Shown here piece after piece: positions 50,441 through 62,190 of a stretch of 64,000 bases of DNA (its first letter is position 1; every line of letters starts with the position of its first letter). The position numbers and the translations under genes were made by a program. Origin of the DNA: Lama guanicoe (taxonomy: Eukaryota); contig MU053513.1 in assembly GCA_013239625.1 (NCBI GenBank), positions 3,702,303 to 3,766,302 of the forward strand, written 5' to 3'. A model generated the notes under the pieces. It did no database searches and had not been told where the DNA came from. It saw only the letters and a list, made by a program, of their open reading frames with translations.

Positions 50441-52901
50441 GATTTAGATAAGAAAAAACTGTCTGCCTTTTTATTTAAGCTAAAAAAGGAGAAAAACTTC
50501 TATTTTTAAAACCTACCATACTATGACAAGATATCTTCTGTATCAAATATCTAGGGTATTTTTTTAAATCTAGATTTATCTTTTAAAATTTTTTCCACTT
50601 TTCTCTAACTGTGCATTGATTGCCAAGCCAAATAACTGAAACTGATAATTTATACAAAGTAAATAAGTCAAAGCAAACAAGTCAAAGCTAAATATATAAG
50701 AAATGGATTTTTTAAAATTCTAACAATGGCCTGAATTAGTCAGTCTCTGTTTTAATTTGCCAAAGGTTTGTTCAGTCCTTCATGTGGTTCGGCCAACATT
50801 CATAAGAAGCAAATCTCATAATCTTAAAGGCAGGGATAAATTTAAGGAACATGAAAAATGAGAACACTAATTAACAATAGTTTTCTAAGGCAAGATTAAA
50901 TGTCCTTATCACAAGTTAAAATTTTTCTTAGGTTCAGATATTCCTCAGATCTATGAGTCTATTTTAAAATTGAGTTATAGGTTAAATCTTTAAATTTTTT
51001 TTAAAATTTAATGGGTTTCTTTAAATGAAAATATAAAACAGTGTTGCAGTTTTCAGGGTTATTTAAAAATGTCCTATAATAAGATGTTTGTTAACATAGC
51101 TATTAGGTTCTTATTTAAAATAAATACATCATTTGGTTTCTAGAAGAAATCCAAATTTTGCTTTAGATTTTAATAACAACTCCTATTTTTAGATGATGAA
51201 GTACTGATCATATTCGTAAATAAACTGAAATTAGACTATAACTGATTTTTCTATGTGCCTAGGAAATTTAGAGTTTGTGGATCCACACAGGAAAATCATA
51301 CTATGAAAGGTTCTGTGGGCTCATAAGGTGCAGTACGGGTATTGTTTAAACTAATATTGGAAAACAGGCTGTATGCAACAATTCCTTATTTTTCTTTTAC
51401 TATATAACTGAACAGCACTCATTCCAATGTATGTTCTTTCACTTTTACAAGTGGTGCTTCAGGAAATTGCTCTTAAACTCTAACCAGGCATAGTAATTAT
51501 CTTTAGTATTATCTGGTTCTGGATTGAGGAACATGCTTTACAAATCAGTTTTTGTTGGCATAAGATATGGGGACAAAATTAAACTAAAATCATTATTGCA
51601 GACCGTGGTATATATGAAATGGTGTCATGACATTTTTTCCAGCTTGTTGCACATATTATCCTTAGATGTTTGCAAATGTTTGCATTTTAAAAGCATAGTT
51701 ACACGATTATAAAAATACACTTCAATAAATCATTGTTGAAGTATCTTACCAATATAGCAGGAATAAATTACTTCTCCAAAGTTACTTTCCATATACCGCG
51801 TTTCTAGTCTTGGGGCTAAAATGGGTATTGAAGACTTCTCCCAGGGCCTAGCTGAGTTGCTTCTGGTCCTTAGTGACTCAATCATCACCCAGAAAACAAA
51901 GCCAACCCCCATTAAAACAAACGTGAGTTCATTTATTCATGAAAACTGAGTACTACCTCATGCAAGGCTTGGCCATCAGGGTGATGTCACAGTCACGGAC
52001 ACTTTTAAAATTTATCAGGCCAAACTGAACTGCTCTCTCCCTCATTTATGACTTTTCAATTGCTTAAAATGAATAAGCCAAAACAGTATAGAATCTGGCA
52101 ATATCTCTTCTAATGGTTTCTGTGCTGGGAAGAAATGGAGCCTGTTATATGACACATTTAAAAGCAATCAATTCAATTTTACTATTTGAAGTCACTAGCT
52201 TTTTTTTTTTTTTTAATGCTTAGGCTCTTTTTTTCCAGTCCTTTTTTTTTCCTACTGTATGATTCAGAATAATTTAAGCAAATGGATAAAACAATCTTGT
52301 GAATGAAGTAAAATGCACTTCCACCACTGACTCAAAAACACAAACATCTTCATATTCTGACCCTTTACACGTTACCAAGAGCATTGTGTGTTAACAAGGG
52401 TGGGAGAGGCTTATCAAATGAAAAGATGTTTCTATTTTGCATATAAATTAAAGTGAGCCTGGACTTGATTCATTGTTAGATTAATCTTAAAATTTCCACT
52501 TTCTTCCAGCCAAATGAATGTGTGCTGCTTGCATGTGTGTCTGCAATGCACAGAAAGAAGGAAATGAAGGTAAGATGTAGGGGAAAGTGCTGGTATCCAG
52601 GGAGAGAACAGAAAAAGCTAAGGATATATAAAATTAAATCTCTAACGGGATCTAAGAGGGTAATGTTACAGAAAGTGGGGTGCCTTCTCAAGGCAATTCA
52701 TAAATCTGTTGAAGAAGAAAATAACAAATTAGAAGCCAGTAATTACACAAATATTTTCCAGTCTTCTGATAAACAACACTGAAGCAGAATATGTTACAAT
52801 AAAGTTACTGACATAGATGTATTTAGCCTAAAACAAAATAAACTAAAAAGAATGATGTCCCAACATGACTTATGATTAAGGGATTATAAAACATCTGCCT
52901 C

Positions 52902-55900
52902 GGGAAGAGGTCAAGATGTAGAGTAGGAGGATGTGGAACTCGGCTCCCCTCAGCGCCCCCCACATCAACACATCAAAATTTATCTACACGTGGAGAAATT
53001 CTCACTGAAAACAAACTGGAAACTGGCAGAAAGACTCCTGTACAACCAAGGCTGTGAGAATGGTCCACACGGAATCAGGTAGGAAAGGAAGAGTAGCAGT
53101 CAGATTAGGACCTGTGCCCCTGAGAGGGGACTCAGAAGAGGGGGTAGATTACAGGACAGATAAAGTCCCTGGGGAGTAAATGGTTAAGGCCACATATTGG
53201 GCACCCCAGCCCTGGGGTCTGACACTGGGAAGACAAGTCCTCTTGGGTGGCTGGAGGGTGAGTGGGACTAATAGAAGGGCTGTGGGAAGCCTGGACTTTG
53301 CTTGAGAGGAGTGTGCACATGCTTGCTTACTCCTGACACAGGACAGAGAGGGTGGATTGAAATTGCACTGGACACTTGCTTGTTTCCCCCAACAGACATG
53401 CACCCCATTCTGAGCCAAGCATCAGTTCTGGCCCCACAGGCAAATCTACCTGTGGGATGATGGCTGTCATGGCCAAGGTAAGAACACAGCCATGAGGAAC
53501 AAAGATGGGTTAGACCTGGAGTGGCATCTGAATAGGGCAGGGGCAGCAATTACTGATGCTTAAACAGGCAGAGCATCAGAAACAGTCCAGGTCTCTGCAC
53601 TTGGTGCCACCACAGCCCATGCCCTGACACATGCCAATTACCTGCACCAGCCCCAGTGGAACTGCAGCACAGTTCCACATTAGAATAAGGGTGACAGCAG
53701 CCAAGGAGAGAGTTCAGTTGTGAGGGACAAAGGCAGCTCAGACCCAAAGAGGCATTTAAGTGGGACGGGGCAGTCATTACTGGTGTTTACACACGCAGGG
53801 CATCAGAAGTGGTCTGGGTTGCTGACTGAGGCTGGGGCTGACATAGTCTGCACCTACACCCAAGATGAGTGCCCATGGCCAGCCCCTCATGCTCTAGCAC
53901 TGCTCCACTCTGGGGCAAGGGTGCTGGTATCAGGAGGGCAGAGAACATACACTTCAAGGGAATGGGGCCAGCTCAGACTCAAACCTCAGGGCTTCTGCTC
54001 CAGTAGCGTGGGACCTGCCCCGACCCCCAATAAGGTCCTCTGCACAAAGGACAAGCTCTGGCTCACACCTAGATCTATCCCGAGTCCCTCCATCTCTGGC
54101 CGCACTTCTTACCAAGGTGATGCTGCCAGTATACCCTGGGGAAAGACATGACTTGTGCTCACATCAGATCCTGCTCTCCCATCAAAGCCAGTGAGCTCAC
54201 ACATAGGAAAGCTCCTACACAAGGACACACCATCAAGACTAATAGGTAACTTTCACCTAATTTCATAGACATAGAGAAAGGTAAGCAAAATGAGGAGACA
54301 AAGGATTTTGCTTCAACTGAAAGAATAAGAGAAGTCTCTTGAAAAAATAATGAAACAGAAATAAACAATTTAATATATAAAGAGTTCAAAGCATTAGTAA
54401 ATAGAATGCTAACTGAATTAGGGTAAAGAGAAGATGAACACATGAAAATTTTAACAAGGAACTAGAAAGTATAAAAAATAACAAGTCAGAACTGAAGAAT
54501 AGTTTAACTGAAATGAAAAAAGACTCTTAAAAAAATTAACAGCACACTAGGTGGTACATAGAATGCGTAAGTGATCTGGAAGACAGAATAATGGAAATCA
54601 CCCAATCAGAACAGTAAAAAGAAAGAAAAAAAGAACAGATTAAGGGATCTCTAGGACAACAACAAGTTAACCAACATTTGCATTATAGTGGTCCTAGAAG
54701 TACAAAAGAGGGGTCAAAATATATTTGATGAAATTATGGCTGAAAACAACCCACAACTAAAGAATAAAACAGGTATCCAGGTACAGGAAGCACAAAGAGT
54801 CCCAAACAAAACAAACCCAAACAGACCCACACCAAGACATATCACAATTAAAATAGCAAAAATTAAAGATAAAAATCGAATTCTGAAGGCAGCAAGAGAA
54901 AAATAAAAAGTCATTTACAAGGGAGTCCCCATAAATCAATCAGCTGATTTTTCTGCAGAAATTTGCAGGCCAGAAGGGACTGGCATGATATATTCAAAGT
55001 CTTGGAAGGGGAAAACCTGCAATGCAGGACACTCTACCCAGCAAGATTATCATTTAGAAAAGAAGGAGAGAGAAAGAATTTCTTAGACAAGCAAAAACTA
55101 AAAGAATTCAACAAAACTAGACCTACACTGAAAGAAATATTCAAGGATCTTCTCTAAATGGAAAAAAAAGCAAGAATCTGTAGGAAAGGGAAAATCCCAA
55201 TAGGAAAGGCAAATATGTAGTAAGAATTGAAGATCACTTAAATAAGCCAGTACATAGATTAAAAAACAAGCAAACAAAAAAACTGTAAAAGTGATGATGA
55301 CAACAAACAGTAAAAGGATCAGCATGAAAATGTTAATATCACATTAAAAGCACAAAATGTGGAGAAATGGAGTAAAAATGTATAGCTTTTAGAATGAACT
55401 TGAATTTGAATGACTATCAGTTTAAAGTAAGTATACATAATTATGGGTCAACATATAGGAACCCCATGGTAATCACAAATCAAAAACATGCAATAAGTTC
55501 ACAAAAACAAAATGAAAGGAATTCAAGCATACTACAAAAGAAAATTATCAAATCACAAAAGGAAAAACAAGAAGAGATGAACAAAGAACTACAAAGCACC
55601 TGAAAAACAAGGAATAAAATTGTTAATAGTACCTACCTATCAATAATTACTTTAAACGTCAATAGACTAAATGCTCCTATCAAAAGACATAGAATGGCTG
55701 ATGGGATTTAAAAAAAAAAAGAATCCGCAATATGCTGTCTACAAGAAACTCACTTCAGGGTGAAAGACACATGTAGACTGAAAATGAAGGGATGGAAAAA
55801 GCTACTTCATGCAAATGGAAAAAAAAAAAGCAGAGGTAGCAAAACTCATATCAGACAAAATAGACTTTAAAACAAAGGCCATAACAAAAGACAAAGAAGG

Positions 55901-55968
55901 GCTTTATATAATGATAAGGAGATCAATACAAGAAGAGAATATTATACTCATTAACATATACACACCTA
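52902..55968 (+). mobile_element. LINE-1 5' UTR, ORF1 and start of the ORF2 endonuclease domain (decayed)
   Basis: Starts gggaagaggtcaagatg. ORF1 remnants: QEAQRVPNK..RPTPRHI..RILKAAREK and LYPARLSF. Endonuclease remnants: ISDKIDFK, KDKEG.YIMI, NIYTP. Confidence 0.92.
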
Positions 55969-58005
55969 AAAATTGTCATTGTATGCAGATGACATGATAC
56001 TATATATAGAAAACCCTAAGGTTCCACACAAAAACTGCTAGAGTTGATAAAAGAATTTAGCAAGGTAGCAGGATACAAGATTAACGTACAGAAATCAGTT
56101 GCATTTCTTTACACTAACAATGAACTATCCCTTTTAAAATTTCATCCAATAAAATAAAATACATAAGAATAAATTTGACCAAGGAAGTGAAAAGACATAT
56201 GTAGAGAACTACAAAATATTGACTAAGAAAATTAGAGACTTAAAGAAATGGAAAGGTATCTCATGTTCTTAGTTTGGAAGAATTAATATCTTTAAAGTGG
56301 CCATAATACCCAAAGCAATCTACAGACTTAATGCAATCCCTATCAAATTACCCAGGACACTTTTCACAGAACTAGAACAAATAATTCTCAAATTTATATG
56401 GGATCACAAAAGTCCCAGAATTGCCAAAACAATACTTAAGAAAAAAATGAAGCTGGAAGAACAACCCTCCCAGACTTCAGACAATACTACAGAGCTACAG
56501 TAATCAAAACAGCATGGCATTGGTACAAAAACAGACATATGGATCAACAGAATAGAGAGCCCAGAAATAAACCCACAGACTTTTGGTCAATTAATCTTTG
56601 ACAAAGGAGGCAAGAATATACAATGGAGTAAAGACAGTCTCTTCAGAAAATGATGTTGGGTAAACTGGACAGCTGCATGTAAATCAATGAAGTTAGACTA
56701 CTCCCTCACACCATACACAAAAATGAACTCAAAATGGCTTAAAGACTTAAACATAAGACAAGACACTATAAACCTCTTAGATGAAAACATAGGCAAAACA
56801 TTCTCTGACAAAAGTCTTATCAATGTTCTAGAGCAGTCTACCCAGGCAATAGAAATACAAGCAAAAGTAACAAATGGGACCTAATTAAATTTATAAGCTT
56901 TTGTACAGCAAAGGAAAGCATAAGCAAAACAAAAAGACAATCTATGGAATGGGAGAAAATATTTGCAAAAGATGAGACTGGCAAGGACTTAATTTCCAGA
57001 ATATCTAAACAGCTCAAACAATTTAATAATAAAAAACAAACAACGCAATCCAAAAAAGGGCAGAGGGCCTAAACAAGCAATTCTCCAATGAAGACATACA
57101 AATGGCCAAAGGGCAAATGAAAAAAAATGCTCAATATCACTAATTATCAGAGAAATGCAAATCAAAACTACAATGAGGTATCACCTCACACCAGTCAGAA
57201 TGGCCACCATACAAAAGTCCACGAATGATAAATGCTTGAAAGGGTGTGGAGAAGGAACCCTCCTACACTGCTGGTGGGAATGTAGTTTGGTGCAGCCATT
57301 GTGGAAAACAGTATGGAGATTCCTCAAAAAACTAAAAACAGACTTACCATATGATCTAGCTATCTGACTTCTGGGTATATATCCAGAGGGAACTCTAATT
57401 CAAAAAGATACATGCACCCCAATGTTCATAGCAGCACTATTTACAATAGCCAAGACATGGAAGCAACCTAAATGTCCATTGACAGTTGACTGGATATAGA
57501 AGCTGTGGTATATTTATACAGTGGAATATTACTCATTGATAAAAAAAGAATTAAATAATGCCAGTTGCAGCAACATGGATGGACCTGGAGTTTGTCATTC
57601 TAAATGAAGTGAGCCAAAAAGAGAAAGAAAAATATACGATATTACTTACATGTAGAATTAAAAAAAAAAGACAAATGAACTTATTTACAAAACAAAAAGA
57701 CTCACCAATACAATAAACAATCTTATGGTTACCAGGGAAAGAGAGTGGGAAGGGATAAATTTGGGAGTTTGAGATTTGCAAATATTAGCCACTATATATA
57801 AAAATAGATTAGAGAAAAAAAACAAGTTTCTTCTGTATAGCACAGGGAACTATATTCAATATCTTATAATAACATTTAATGAAAAAGAATATAAAAATGA
57901 GTATATATATGTATATGCATGACTGGGATATTGTGCTGTACACCAGAAATTGACACATTATAACTGACTGTACTTCAATAAAAAATTAATTAATTAATTA
58001 ATTTT
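55969..58005 (+). mobile_element. Younger 5'-truncated LINE-1 (RT YADD motif to 3' end, ~2 kb)
   Basis: Begins at tatgcagatgacatgata (YADDMI). ORF2 C-terminal remnants: [34 protein letters not shown]. The 3' UTR is of the same family as the short young L1 tails, ending in AATAAA and (TAAT)n. Confidence 0.9.
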
Positions 58006-58515
58006 TTAAAAAGCAATAGAAAAGATTACTGAAACCAAGAGCTTTTTTTTTTTTTAAAATATAAGAACAATCGACAAACTTTCGCCATTCTCCCCAGGAA
58101 GAAAAGAGAGAGGACCCACGCAAACAAAATAAAAATTGTAGGAGGAGATATAACAACTGATACCACAGATACAAAAAATTGTCAGAGAATACCACAGTTA
58201 TATGCCAGCAAACTGGACAACCTAAATGAAATGGACAAATTTCTAGAAACATACAGCCTGCCAAGACTGAGTCAAGAAGAAACCATGACAATTTGAAAAA
58301 TTGACCACTAGAAGAGAAATAGTATATGTAATTTTAAAAACTCCCTGCAAACAAAAGTCCAGGACTGGATGGCTTCACTGAGGAATTCTACCAAACATGT
58401 AAAGAACTTATACTTATCCTTTTAAACTATTCCAAAAAAACTGAAGATGAGTGAATGCTCCCAAATTCATTTTACAAAACTGCCATTACCCTGATTAAAA
58501 AAGACAAAAACACTA

Positions 58516-58552
<37 letters not shown>

Positions 58553-61420
58553 AAATTACAGGCCAGTATCTCTGATAAATATAGATGCAAAAATACTCAA
58601 CAAAATATAAGATTTCGTTTCATGTATAGTTTAGTTTATGTATTGTTGGACTTAATATAAACTGAATCCAACAATACATAAAAAGGATCATACACTATGA
58701 TCAAGTTGGATTCATTCCAGGGTCACAAGGATGATTCAACATATGCAAATGAATCAGTGTGGTACACCACATTAACGAAAGGAAAGACAAAAACCACATG
58801 AACATCTCAAGAGATGCAGAAAAACCATTTGACAAAATTCAACATCCATTCATGATAGAAATTCTCATCAAAGTGGGTATAGAGGGAAAATATTTCAACA
58901 GAATCAAGGCCATTTACAAAAATCCCACAGCCAACATAATACTCAGCGGTGACACGCTAAAAGCCTTCCTGCTGAATTCGGGAACAAGACAAGGATGCCC
59001 ACTCTCATAGCTTTTATTTAACGTAGTACTGGAAGTCCTAGTCAAAGAATCAGACAAGAAAAAGAAATAAAATGTATTCAAATTGGAAAGGAAGAGGTAA
59101 AACCGTCCTTATTTATAGATGACTTGATACTCTATATAGAAAACCCTAAAATCTCCAAAAACTATTAGAAGTAATAAATGATTTGAAAAAGGTAGCAGGG
59201 TACAAGAAATCTGTTGCTTTTCTACACACTAATAATTAAATATCAGAAAGAGAAAGTAAAAAAAAAAATCCTGTTAAAAATAGCATCAAAAATACCTAGG
59301 AATAATTCATCCTCATCAAAAAGAATAAAATATAGGAATAAACTTAACCAAGGAAGTGAAAGACCTCTACACTGAACTATAAAACACTGATGAAGGAATT
59401 TGAAATGATAAAAAGAAATGGAAAGATATCTCATGTTCATGGAACAGAAGAATTAGTACTGTTAAAATGGCCATGCTACCCAAATCAATCTATAGATTTA
59501 CTATAATATCTATCAAAATACCTATGACATTTTTCACAGAACTAGAACAAATAACCCTAAAATTTATATGGAACCATAAAAACCCTGAATTGCCAAAGCA
59601 ATCCAAAGAAAAAAGAACAAAGCTAAAGGTATAACCCTTCCAGACCTTAGATTATATTACCAGTCTACAGTAATCAAAATGGTGTTATCATGGCACATGA
59701 ACAGACACTTAGATCAATGGAACAGAACAGAGAGCCCAAAAATAAACCAATGCACCTATGGTCAATTAATCTACAACGACAGAAACAATAATATACAATG
59801 GAGAAAAAACAGTCTCTTCAACAAGTGGTATGGGGTAACCTGGACAGCTACATGTAAAAGAATGAGATTATAACATTCCCTCACAGCATATACAAAACAC
59901 CCTCAAAATAGTTTAAAGAGCTAAATGTAAGTCATGAGACTATAAAACTCCTAGAAGAGAACATAAGTGAAGCAGTCTTTGACATAAAATCATAACAATA
60001 TTTTCTTAGATCAGTCTCCGAAGGCAAAAGAAATAAAACCAAAAAAAACACATGGAACCTAATCAAAGTTATAAGCTTTTGCATAGCAAAGGAAATTCAT
60101 CAACAAAATGAAAAGGCAGTCTATGAACTGGGAGAAAATATCTTCAAACAGTGCTTTTTAACATAGCAGTGGAAGTTCTAGCCACAGTAATCAGACAAGA
60201 AAAAGCATCAAAAAGAATAAAATATGTCGGCATAAATTTATAGGAATACTCTTTGACATAAACCAATTTTTTTTATCTTTCTTCTGTGACAAAAGAAAGA
60301 AAAACAAAAATACAAATGAGACCTAATTAAACTTAAAAGCTTTTGCACAGCAAAGGCAATCATTGATGAAATGAAAATACAACCTACTCAATGGGAGAAA
60401 ATATTTGCAAATGACATGACCAATAAGGGATTAATATCCAAAATACATAAACAGCTCATATAACTCAGTAACAAAAAACATACAACCAATCAAAAAATGG
60501 GCAGAAAACCTGTATAGACATTCAGACATACAATGGTTAATAGGCTCATGAAAATATACTAAATAAATGCAGTTAATTATTAGAGAAACGCAAATCAAAA
60601 CAACAAAGAGAAATCACCTAACACCTGTCAGAACAGCTTTCGTGAAAAAGTCTACAGTTAAATGTTGGTGAGGATGTGGAGAAAAGGGAACACTTGTACA
60701 CTGTTGGTAGGAATGTAAACCAGTGCAGCCACTATAGAAAATAGTATGGAGATTCCTCAAAAGAGTCAAAATAGAACTACCATATAATTCAACAATTCTA
60801 CTTCTGGATATATATTTGGGAAAAACTAAAATGCTAATCCAAAAAGATACATGCATCTTAATGTAAACAGCAGCATTATTAACAATAGCCAAAGTATGGA
60901 AGCAGTCTAAGTGTTCATCAACAGAAGAATAGATAAAGAAGATGTGGTGTATATATTCACAATGGAATATTACTCAGCCATAAAAAAGAATGAAATTGTG
61001 CCATTTGCACCAACGTAGATGGACTTGGAGGGTATTATGCTAGGTGAAGTAAGTCAGGCACAGAAAGACAAATATTATATGATAAATCACTCATATATGG
61101 CATCTAAAAAATAAACAAATGTATATAGCAAAAAAGAAACAGACTTACAGATATAGAAAACAAACTAGTGGTCACCAGTAAGAAAGAAGGGGGAGGGGCA
61201 AGATAGGGGTATGGGATTAAGAGATACAAACTACTATGTATAAAATAGAGAAGCTACAAGGATATATTGTATAGCACAGGGCATTATAGCCATTGTTTTG
61301 AAATAATTTTAAATGGAGTATAATCTATAAAAATATTGAGTCACTATGCTGCAAATATGAAATTAATATAACTGTAAATCAACTATATCTCAATTTTTTT
61401 AATTTAAAAAATTTTTAAAA
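58006..61420 (+). mobile_element. LINE-1 ORF2 (post-endonuclease, RT, C-terminus) and 3' UTR, internally rearranged
   Basis: RT remnant [21 protein letters not shown]...[10 protein letters not shown]34 run at 58517-58550; 3' UTR ends ~61400. Confidence 0.9.
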
Positions 61421-61607
61421 ATTGGTCTCTTTTCTAAGGTGTTCTTACATGTCAGTCAAAGCTTTGCACTCATGATGACTTAGTTTATTACTTCCTTTTC
61501 CTTCTCAACTGTTATGATGTATTCTCTTTTAAACTTTCTCACTTCCTTCACTCCATCTCAATCTCTTCTTTTCTCTCATACTCTTGCTTATAGAAAGTGA
61601 GGCTCTC

Positions 61608-61799
61608 GGGGGAGGGTATAGCTCAGTGGTAGAGTACCTGCTTAGCATGCACAAGGTCCTGGGTTCAGTTTCCAGTACCTCCAATAAAATAGATAAATAA
61701 ACCTTATTACCTCCCCCAAACCCCAGAAAAATAAACCTTATTACCTCCCCCAAACCCCAGAAAAAAAACACACACAAAAAAAAAAAAGAAAAGAAAAGA
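61608..61799 (+). mobile_element. tRNA-derived SINE (camelid Vic-1-like) with A-rich tail and TSD
   Basis: ggggagggtatagctcagtggtagag (A box) ... ggtcctgggttcagtttcc (B box); poly-A/(GAAAA)n tail; TSD at 61594-61606 and 61800-61812. Confidence 0.88.
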
Positions 61800-61964
61800 A
61801 AAGCAAGGCTCTAAAAAGTTCTTTGGAAGGAAATGGAGATGGGAGAAGAAAAGGAAGAATGATAATGAAGGCCTCAACTACAGCTTGGGTTTGCTATGGA
61901 GTGGCAGGTTCATGGTGTGGGTTCTGAACAGCACTAGGGCATCAGGAAAGTGACAGAACCCAGC

Positions 61965-62190
61965 AGGAGAGCATAGTGGCATTAGGATGGGCTTTTGAAC
62001 CAGACTAGGTAAGTTTTGATTGCAAGTCACCCTATTACCATGTGACCATGGGCAAGGTATTTAACTGCTCTGAGGCTTTCTTAGCTGAAAACTGAAATTA
62101 ACCCCCTCCTCACAGTGTTGCTGGGAAGATGACAGGAGAGTGCATAGTGCCTGTTCTTGAAGACCTAGTACATAGAGACCTTTTAGCCAT
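61965..62190 (+). mobile_element. MIR SINE
   Basis: tgtgaccatgggcaaggtatttaactgctctgagg. Confidence 0.7.

Larger units (their letters stand above)
7316..50460 (+). other. SLC44A5: SLC44A5 (CTL5) gene, 5'-partial: 17 shared coding exons plus 2 alternative last exons
   Basis: The spliced translation carries CTL/SLC44 motifs ([74 protein letters not shown]) and matches SLC44A5 as I recall it. Exon phases join without frameshift or internal stop. The end coordinate is estimated from the AATAAA at 50435-50440. Confidence 0.95.

Noticed and set aside
58517..58550. A34 run as the tail of a separate insertion
   Set aside because: It lies at a naturally A-rich L1 ORF2 position and L1 sequence continues on both sides, so it is a homopolymer expansion.
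52902..61420. An active, intact LINE-1 or a novel reverse-transcriptase system
   Set aside because: ORF1 and ORF2 are broken by many stops, frameshifts, deletions and rearrangements. All motifs are ordinary L1.
61608..61683. tRNA gene
   Set aside because: The A and B boxes are followed by a SINE body, an A-rich tail and TSDs, and a second diverged copy lies at ~2403-2528, so it is a SINE.
61695..61762. CRISPR-like repeat
   Set aside because: There are two adjacent copies with no spacer, inside a SINE in a mammalian genome.
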